Positions 54,561 through 64,000 of a stretch of DNA of 64,000 nt are shown here, one piece after another. The first letter of the stretch is position 1, and every line of letters begins with the position of its first letter. The notes below the pieces were generated by a model. That model saw nothing but the letters and a program-made list of their open reading frames with translations. It was not told where the DNA came from and ran no database searches. Source of the DNA: Phyllobates terribilis (lineage: Eukaryota); NCBI RefSeq assembly GCF_046119375.1, contig NW_027362767.1, positions 256,308,001-256,372,000 on the forward strand. Direction: 5' to 3'. The translations under genes and the position numbers were made by a program.

Positions 54561-55695
54561 TGTAGCGCTGGCGTCCCTGCCCTCTGCTAGGCAGGGACGC
54601 TGCTCCCCTCACCGCTCTGCTGTCAGCGCGCGCTCCGTCCCGGCGTCCTCTCCCCGCTCTGCTGTCAGCGCGCGCTCCGTCCCGGCGTCCTCCTCCTGCT
54701 CTGCTGTCAGCGCGCGCTCCGTCCCGGCGTCCTCCTCCTGCTCTGCTCTCAGCGCGCGCTCCTTCCCGGCCCCTGTGCTTAGGGCGCGCGCGCGCGCGCT
54801 TCCCTCCTCTTAAAGGGGCCGCGCGCGCCGCCCTAAAGAGTCCCCGGCCAATGGCCGGAGGACTTCATCATATATAAGGCACCTCCTCCAAAATGGAGGT
54901 GCCCGAGCAATGTTGTTTGCACCTGTGTCTCACCTGTGCTTCAGCCCTCAGGTCCCGTTGCCAGTTTCCTGCCAGTTACCTGCCAGTTACCTGCCTGATT
55001 CCTGCCTGAATACTTGTTACCTGTCTGCTTGCCTGAGGTCCGACGGTCTGCCTTACTACTCCTGTCAGTCTGTCTAAAGGACCAGCCTGCCCGCTCACCT
55101 GGGAGCGCATATCAGCTACCTGCCTGCTTGCCTGAGGTCTGACGGTCTGCCTTTCTACTCCGGTCAGTCTGTCTATGGACCAGCTTGCCCGCTCACCTGG
55201 GAGCGCTTCTCCGTTATCTGCCTGCTTGCCAGCCCGGAGGCTCCGTTGTCACGTGCTGTGACCACCAGCTATCTCAGAGACTCTTGCCCGCTCACCTGGG
55301 AGCGCATCTCCGTTACCTGCCTGCTTGCCAGCCCGGAGGTCCCGTTGTCACGTGCGGTGACCACCAGCTTTTCCAGAGACTCTTGCCCGCTCACCTGGGA
55401 GCGCTTCTCCGTTACCTACCTGCCTGCCAGCCCGGAGGTTCCGCCGTCACGTGCCGTGACCACCTGCTATTCCAGAGACTCTCGCTTGCTCACCTGGGAG
55501 CACACATCTACCATCTGCCTGCTAGCCTACCCGGAGGCTCTGCCATCACAGGTCGTACCTACCCCTTACCCAGAGACTGCCCTGATCACTTGCCGTAACT
55601 CCCTGTCCGTTCACCCAGAGACTGCCACCCGCTCCCTTACAAGGGCCGCCCCCTTGTATAGTAGCTCAGAGGTTCCGCCTCCCGGACCCGTTACA
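54561..55695 (+). repeat. 5' LTR (1135 bp)
   Basis: Differs from the 3' LTR by about 3 substitutions and one 6-bp (GC)n indel by eye; TATA at 54871. Confidence 0.95.
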
Positions 55696-55708
55696 GTTTG
55701 CTCGGGCC

Positions 55709-58687
55709 ATGGAACCCGGTGGCACCCAAGCTCCCTCGCTCACGGACCTGTGTCATGAACTGTCCCGTCAAAGGTCCCAACAGGAGTCCATCCTGGGTCA
55801 CCTGCGGAATGTCAATACTCGCCTGGATACTCTGACAACACCACCTGCAACTACGGCCAGTACCATGGTATCCTTTTCCGGACCCCGGCTCTCTGCACCT
55901 CCTCGCTTCGGAGGCGACTCCGTCCTGGCTCGGGGCTTCATAAATCAGTGCACCCTGCATTTTGAACTATTGTCCCACCAGTTTAACTCCGACCGAGCCA
56001 AAATTGCATTCATCATGTCCCATCTCACCGGGGAGGCTCTGGCCTGGCTAAATCCTCTATGGGAGAGAGGAGACCCCCTGGTGTCCGACTTGCCTGCCTT
56101 TCTCACGGCTTTCCGGAAAGCCTTCGACGAACCCGGACGGAGGACCTCATCCGCATCATCTCTGCTACGCCTCCGTCAGGGAAGCCTCACCGTGGGTCAA
56201 TATGCCATACGGTTCCGTACCCTTGCCTCGGAGCTGGCCTGGGATAACGAAGCTCTGGTATCCGTCTTCTGGGAGGGTCTGTCCGGCCGTATTAAAGATG
56301 AACTTGCTGGTCGGGACATTCCTACCACTCTCGATGACCTAATAACTCTTGCCACCCGGATTGACCTACGGTTCCAGGAACGTGCCAAAGAGGTCACCCG
56401 TGAAAAGGGGCTTCCACGTCTGGTTCCTACTTTTTTGAAACCCGTCACTCCTTCCGTTTCTCCCCAGGTACACTCTCCTGAGCCTATGCAGGTCGACCAG
56501 ACCAAGATGGTCAAATCCCGTCAGGACTTTCGCCGTGCCGAGGGGAGCTGCTTCTACTGTGGCAGTAAGGAGCATCGGATCCGTGCCTGCCCGGAGAGGT
56601 CGGGAGAACGCCTGTGTCTAGGTTCGCTCAGAGGACTTGATCTAGACAAAAATAAATCCTCTCCATCCCTGCTGCTGTCTGTCTCAATCATCTGCGGGGA
56701 GAATCGTTATTCCGAACTAGCCCAACTTGACTCTGGAGCAGCCGGAAATCTTATTTCACTGTCCCTGGTGGAGAAATACCGCATCCCCACCAAACCTCTG
56801 GCTGTACCCTTGTCTGTTGTTGCCGTGGATGGGGGCCTCTTATCTCGCCCCATCCAATTCATCACCGAATCCATTACTCTGCAAGTGGGTATGCTGCATT
56901 CAGAGAGTATCTCCCTTCACGTTCTGCCTGGACTCTCTCACGCCCTCTTGCTAGGTCTGCCTTGGCTCCAGAGACATGCACCCGTGCTTGACTGGCAAAC
57001 CGGAGAAGTCCTTCGCTGGGGACAAGACTGTCATAAAACCTGTCTGGTTCCCGTCCATTCCGTCCGTCCCTCTCCTATCCCAGCTAATCTACCTGGACTT
57101 CCGATTCCTTATTGGTCTTGTGCTGATGTCTTTGATATGGAGGAGGCAGAGACATTACCACCTCATAGACCATGTGACTGCCCCATCGATCCCGCCAGAG
57201 TAATGCAGGTGGCCCCCGTGAGTCTAAATTGTCTCCCTCCTGGTAAGACGTTCGTATCGGTACCTGATCGGGAGAGGATCCTACACTGGGGTCATTCGTC
57301 TAAACTAGCTGGCCACGCCGGTCAGAAAAAGACCCTCCAGCTTATTACCCGGCACTACTGGTGGCCTAACCTGCACAAGGATGTTATGGACTTTGTTTCT
57401 GCCTGTGTGTCCTGCGCCCGCAACAAGGTTCCGAGACACCTGTCGGCCGGCCGCCTTCTTCCTCTGCCAGCACCTGCTGCCCCCTGGCAGCATATAGCGA
57501 TGGACTTCGTAACTGATCTGCCCGTCTCTGCCGGTTGTACGGTCATTTGGGTGGTCGCTGACCGCTTTTCCAAGATGGCTCACTTCATTCCCCTGCCAGG
57601 TCTTCCGTCTGCACCCGAGCTGGCTAGAGTCTTTATCCGCCACATCTTCCGTCTTCATGGCCTGCCCCGTCACATCGTGTCGGATCGAGGAGTACAGTTC
57701 ACTTCTCGTTTCTGGAGAGCCACTTGTAAATTGCTAGACGTCACTCTGGACTTCTCCTCCGCTTACCACCCACAGTCTAATGGTCAAGTGGAGCGGATCA
57801 ATCAGAACCTGACCAGTTACCTCCGGCACTTCGTTAATGCTCACCATTCTGACTGGGTGGATCTCCTGCCATGGGCCGAATTCTCGTACAACAATCACGA
57901 GAGCGAGTCTTCCTCTATATGGGAGAGTACCCGGTCCGCACTCCTTCTGTCATCCGAGCGTATGAAAAGGCACGCTGACAAAGGACGTCTGGATCCTCCT
58001 CAATTCCGTCCTGGGGATAAAGTCTGGCTCTCGTCCAAATATGTCCGGCTCAAGATCCCTTCCTATAAGTTGGGGCCTCGGTTCATCGGCCCACTGGAGG
58101 TTATCAGTCAGATCAACCCGGTGGCCTATAAATTGAAACTCCCGGCCAACTTACGGATCCCTAACTCCTTCCATGTATCTCTCCTCAAACCTGTGGTACT
58201 TAACTCTTTTTCTAAGTCTACAGGTACGCCTCTTGCTCCGGTTTCTGCTGAGGACGAGTTTGAGGTAGAGAACATTCTTGCCACCAAAAGGGTAAGAGGA
58301 AAGACCTTTTTCTTGGTAGATTGGAGGGGGTTTGGTCCTGAGGAGAGAACGTGGGAGCCCCGGGAGAATATCCATGCCCCTCTCATCCTAGCTAAATTTC
58401 TGTCTGGCCTAAAAAAGGGGGGGCCTAAAGGGGGGGGTACTGTAGCGCTGGCGTCCCTGCCCTCTGCTAGGCAGGGACGCTGCTCCCCTCACCGCTCTGC
58501 TGTCAGCGCGCGCTCCGTCCCGGCGTCCTCTCCCCGCTCTGCTGTCAGCGCGCGCTCCGTCCCGGCGTCCTCCTCCTGCTCTGCTGTCAGCGCGCGCTCC
58601 GTCCCGGCGTCCTCCTCCTTCTCTGCTCTCAGCGCGCGCTCCTTCCCGGCCCCTGTGCTTAGGGCGCGCGCGCTTCCCTCCTCTTAA
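55709..58687 (+). CDS. Gag-protease-integrase-chromodomain polyprotein, 992 aa, no RT/RNase H
   Basis: Retrotransposon gag (PPRFGGD, LLRLRQG), CCHC knuckle CFYCGSKEHRIRAC, protease LDSGA, RT N-terminal stub PPHRPCDCPID joined directly to the integrase HHCC region, D-D35-E (MDF, SDRG, VER), and chromodomain FEVENIL...FLVDWRGFGPEERTWEP. The stop lies inside the 3' LTR. Confidence 0.92.
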   Translation: MEPGGTQAPSLTDLCHELSRQRSQQESILGHLRNVNTRLDTLTTPPATTASTMVSFSGPRLSAPPRFGGDSVLARGFINQCTLHFELLSHQFNSDRAKIAFIMSHLTGEALAWLNPLWERGDPLVSDLPAFLTAFRKAFDEPGRRTSSASSLLRLRQGSLTVGQYAIRFRTLASELAWDNEALVSVFWEGLSGRIKDELAGRDIPTTLDDLITLATRIDLRFQERAKEVTREKGLPRLVPTFLKPVTPSVSPQVHSPEPMQVDQTKMVKSRQDFRRAEGSCFYCGSKEHRIRACPERSGERLCLGSLRGLDLDKNKSSPSLLLSVSIICGENRYSELAQLDSGAAGNLISLSLVEKYRIPTKPLAVPLSVVAVDGGLLSRPIQFITESITLQVGMLHSESISLHVLPGLSHALLLGLPWLQRHAPVLDWQTGEVLRWGQDCHKTCLVPVHSVRPSPIPANLPGLPIPYWSCADVFDMEEAETLPPHRPCDCPIDPARVMQVAPVSLNCLPPGKTFVSVPDRERILHWGHSSKLAGHAGQKKTLQLITRHYWWPNLHKDVMDFVSACVSCARNKVPRHLSAGRLLPLPAPAAPWQHIAMDFVTDLPVSAGCTVIWVVADRFSKMAHFIPLPGLPSAPELARVFIRHIFRLHGLPRHIVSDRGVQFTSRFWRATCKLLDVTLDFSSAYHPQSNGQVERINQNLTSYLRHFVNAHHSDWVDLLPWAEFSYNNHESESSSIWESTRSALLLSSERMKRHADKGRLDPPQFRPGDKVWLSSKYVRLKIPSYKLGPRFIGPLEVISQINPVAYKLKLPANLRIPNSFHVSLLKPVVLNSFSKSTGTPLAPVSAEDEFEVENILATKRVRGKTFFLVDWRGFGPEERTWEPRENIHAPLILAKFLSGLKKGGPKGGGTVALASLPSARQGRCSPHRSAVSARSVPASSPRSAVSARSVPASSSCSAVSARSVPASSSFSALSARSFPAPVLRARALPSS

Positions 58688-59569
58688 AGGGGCCGCGCGC
58701 GCCGCCCTAAAGAGTCCCCGGCCAATGGCCGGAGGACTTCATCATATATAAGGCACCTCCTCCAAAATGGAGGTGCCCGAGCAATGTTGTTTGCACCTGT
58801 GTCTCACCTGTGCTTCAGCCCTCAGGTCCCGTTGCCAGTTTCCTGCCAGTTACCTGCCAGTTACCTGCCTGATTCCTGCCTGAATACTTGTTACCTGTCT
58901 GCTTGCCTGAGGTCCGACGGTCTGCCTTACTACTCCTGTCAGTCTGTCTAAAGGACCAGCCTGCCCGCTCACCTGGGAGCGCATATCAGCTACCTGCCTG
59001 CTTGCCTGAGGTCCGACGGTCTGCCTTTCTACTCCGGTCAGTCTGTCTATGGACCAGCTTGCCCGCTCACCTGGGAGCGCTTCTCCGTTATCTGCCTGCT
59101 TGCCAGCCCGGAGGCTCCGTTGTCACGTGCTGTGACCACCAGCTATCTCAGAGACTCTTGCCCGCTCACCTGGGAGCGCATCTCCGTTACCTGCCTGCTT
59201 GCCAGCCCGGAGGTCCCGTTGTCACGTGCGGTGACCACCAGCTTTTCCAGAGACTCTTGCCCGCTCACCTGGGAGCGCTTCTCCGTTACCTACCTGCCTG
59301 CCAGCCCGGAGGTTCCGCCGTCACGTGCCGTGACCACCTGCTATTCCAGAGACTCTCGCTTGCTCACCTGGGAGCACACATCTACCATCTGCCTGCTAGC
59401 CTACCCGGAGGCTCTGCCATCACAGGTCATACCTACCCCTTACCCAGAGACTGCCCTGATCACTTGCCGTAACTCCCTGTCCGTTCACCCAGAGACTGCC
59501 ACCCGCTCCCTTACAAGGGCCGCCCCCTTGTATAGTAGCTCAGAGGTTCCGCCTCCCGGACCCGTTACA
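58441..59569 (+). repeat. 3' LTR (1129 bp)
   Basis: Direct repeat of 54561-55695, preceded by the PPT. Confidence 0.95.
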
Positions 59570-60304
59570 CTCTGTGTGGCATTGACCTTGTCTCTAATCT
59601 GAGCTGCTGTTAACCTGCGATTTCTGAGGCTGGTGACTTGGATAAACTTATCCTCAGAAGCAGAGGTGACTCTTGGTCTTCCTTTCCTGGGGCGGTCCTC
59701 ATGTGAGCCAGTTTCTTTGTAGCGCTTGATGATTTTTGCAACTGCACTTGGGGACACATTCAAAGTTTGCCCAATTTTTCGCACTGACTGACCTTCATTT
59801 CTTAAAGTAATGATGGCCACTCGTTTTTCTTTACTTAGCTGCTTTTTTCTTGCCATAATACAAATTCTAACAGTCTATTCAGTAGGACTATCAGCTGTGT
59901 ATCCACCAGACTTCTGCACAACACAACTGATGGTCCCAACCCCATTTATAAGGCAAAAAATCCCACTTATTAAACCTGACAGGGCACACCTGTGAAGTGA
60001 AAACCATTTCCGGTGACTACCTCTTGAAGCTCATCAAGAGAATGCCAAGAGTGTGCAAAGCAGTCATCAAAGCAAAAGGTGGCTACTTTGCAGAACCTAG
60101 AATATAAGACCTATTTTCATTTGTTTCACACTTTTTTGTTAAGTATATAATTCCACATGTGTTAATTCATAGTTTTGATGCCTTCAGTGTGAATGTACAA
60201 TTTTCAAAGTCATGAAAATACAGAAAAATCTTTAAATGAGAAGGTGTGTCCAAACGTTTGGTCTGTACTGTATATACATGGTGTACATACAAACATGGCT
60301 TATA

Positions 60305-61935
<1,631 letters not shown>

Positions 61936-62011
61936 TATATACATGGAGCACATACAAACATGGCGTATATCTATATATACATGGTGTACATACAAGCATG
62001 GCGTGTATATA

Positions 62012-63525
62012 CCCTGCTCAAAAAAATAAAGGAAACACTCAAATAACACATCCTAGATCTGAATGAATGAAATATTCTCATTGAATACTTTGTTCTGTAC
62101 AAAATTGAATGTGCTGACAACAAAATCACACAAAAATCATCAATGTAAATCAAATTTATTAACCAATGGAGGCCTGGATTTGGAGTCACCGTCAAAATTA
62201 AAGTGGAAAAACACACTACAGGCTGATCCAACTTTGATGTAATGTCCTTAAAACAAGTCAAAATGAGGCTCAGTATTGTGTGTGGCCTCCACGTGCTTGT
62301 ATGACCTCCCTACAATGCCTGAGCATGTTCCTGATGAGGATGCAGATGGTTTCCTGTGGGATCTCCTACCAGACCTGGACTAAAGCATCCACCAACTCCT
62401 GGACAGTCTGTTGTGACATTGGTGGGTGGAGCGAGACATGATGTCCCAGATGTGCTCAATCGGATTCAGATCTGGGGAACGGGCGGGCCAGTCCATAGCT
62501 TCAATGCCTTCATCTTGCAGGAACTGCTGACACACTCCAGCCACAGGAGGTCTGGCATTGTCCTGCATTAGGAGGAACCCAGGGCTAACCGCACCAGCAT
62601 ATGATCTCACAAGGGGTTTGAGGATCTCATCTCGGTACCTAATGGCAGTCAGGCTACCTCTGGCGAGCACATGGAGGGCTGTGCGGCCCTCCAAAGAAAT
62701 GCCACCCCACACCATTACTGACCCACTGCCAAACCAGTCATGCTGAAGGATGTTCGGTTTGAACCTGCTTTCATCTGTGAAGAGCACAGGGCGCCAGTGG
62801 TGACTTTGCCAATCCTGGTGTTCTGTGGCAAATGCCAAGCGTCCTGCACGGTGTTGGGCTGTGAGCACAACCACCCTCTGTGGACTTCGGGCTCTCATAC
62901 CACCCTCATGGAGTCTGTTTCTAATCGTTTGTGCAGACACATGCACATTTGTGGCCTGCTGGAGGTCATTTTGCAGGGCTCTGGAAGTGCTCCTCCTGTT
63001 CCTCCTTGCACAAAGGCGGAGGTAGCAGTCCTGCTGCTGGGTTGTTGCCCTCCTACGGCCCCCTCCACGTCTCCTGGTGTACTGGCCTGTCTCCTGGCAG
63101 CGCCTCCAGCCTCTGGACACTACACTGACAGACACAGCAAACCTTCTTGCCACAGCTCGCACTGATGTGCCATCTTGGATGAGCTGCACTATCTGAGCAA
63201 CTTCTGTGGGTTGTAGAGTCCGTCTCATGCTACCATGAGTGTGAAAGCACAAACAACATTCAAAAGTGACCAAAACATCAGCCAGAAAGCATTGGTACTG
63301 AGATGTGGTCTGTGGTCCCCACCTGCAGAACCACTCCTTTATTGAGTGTGTCTTGATAATTGCCAATAATTTCCATCTATTATCTATTCCATTTGCACAA
63401 CAGCATGTGAAATTGATTGTCAATCTGTGTTGCTTCCTAAGTGGACAGTTTGATTTCACAGAAGTTTGCTTCACTTGGAGTTATATTCTGTTGTTTAAGT
63501 GTTCCCTTTATTTTTTTGAGCAGTG
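62012..63525 (-). mobile_element. Tc1 (DD34E) with an internal in-frame deletion
   Basis: TIR C(A/C)CTGCTCAAAAAAATAAAGG(G/A)AACACT, TA flanks; ORF 62380-63474 has [15 protein letters not shown] and [12 protein letters not shown] (34 spacing), with a deletion after DESRF. Confidence 0.88.
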
Positions 63526-63567
63526 TATATATAAACACATAGTGTACATACAAACATGGCTTATATA

Positions 63568-64000
63568 CAGTACAGACCAAAAGTTTGGACACACCTTCTC
63601 ATTTAAAGATTTTTCATGACTTTGAAAATTGTACATTCACACTGAAGGCATCAAAACTATGAATTAACACATGTGGAATTATATACTTAACAAAAAAGTG
63701 TGAAACAACTGAAAATAGGTCTTATATTCTAGGTTCTTCAAAGTAGCCACCTTTTGCTTTGATGACTGCTTTGCACACTCTTGGCATTCTCTTGATGAGC
63801 TTCAAGAGGTAGTCACCGGAAATGGTTTTCGCTTCACAGGTGTGCCCTGTAAGGTTTAATAAGTGGGATTTCTTGCCTTATAAATAGGGTTGGGACCATC
63901 AGTTGTGTTGTGCAGAAGTCAGGTGGATACACAGCTGATAGTCCTACTGAATAGACTGTTAGAATTTGTATTATGGCAAGAAAAAAGCAGCTAAGTAAAG
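63568..64000 (+). mobile_element. DD38E (Intruder-type) transposon 5' end, cut by the window edge
   Basis: TIR CAGTACAGACCAAAAGTTTGGACACACC after TA; transposase ATG at 63973 (MARKKQLSK). Confidence 0.9.

Larger units (their letters stand above)
54561..59569 (+). mobile_element. Young Gypsy chromovirus (Tf1/sushi type), RT/RNase H-deleted, 5.0 kb
   Basis: LTRs 54561-55695 and 58441-59569 with TG...CA ends; exact 5-bp TSD CTCTG (54556-54560, 59570-59574); PPT at about 58411-58437; single internal ORF. Confidence 0.96.
53639..60270 (-). mobile_element. DD38E (Intruder-type) transposon split by a Gypsy insertion
   Basis: TIR CAGTACAGACCAAA(A/C)GTTTG(A/G)ACACACC, TA flanks; transposase pieces at 53820-54560 and 59575-59856 ([12 protein letters not shown]). 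Confidence 0.92.

Noticed and set aside
55185-55758. ORFs in LTR sequence (also 58888-59602 and 3660-4572)
   Set aside because: Translations of internally repetitive LTR DNA with no domain similarity.

Overview
Vertebrate genomic DNA, most consistent with an anuran (frog), judged from the Tc1, T2/Kolobok-MITE, Harbinger-MITE and Tf1/sushi-type Gypsy repertoire (inference). It has three N gaps. Four spliced host genes can be rebuilt by hand with canonical GT-AG sites and consistent phases: an ARHGEF3/NET1-family RhoGEF (minus strand, partial, 32-21070), CCDC115 (minus, 25949-30724), IMP4 (plus, 30815-39604, 291 aa) and a TUBA3-type alpha-tubulin (minus, 39771-46831, 450 aa). CCDC115 and IMP4 are head-to-head with only 90 bp between ATGs; IMP4 and the tubulin are tail-to-tail with abutting poly(A) signals. 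Most other sequence is repeats. There are about 15 Tc1-superfamily elements or fragments (DD34E, DD35E, DD38E and a probable DD37E relic), Gypsy chromoviruses and solo LTRs, L1 and L2 fragments, MITEs and several minisatellites. Most notable items: (i) a young chromovirus with near-identical LTRs and one open 992-codon Gag-PR-IN-chromodomain ORF that lacks RT/RNase H, has a self-priming PBS and an apparently erased -1 frameshift site; (ii) a TA-linker minisatellite that appears to act as a landing pad for a train of six Tc1 elements; (iii) an intact DD35E transposase; (iv) a divergent ARHGEF3-like paralog. All coordinates were read by eye; no database searches were run.
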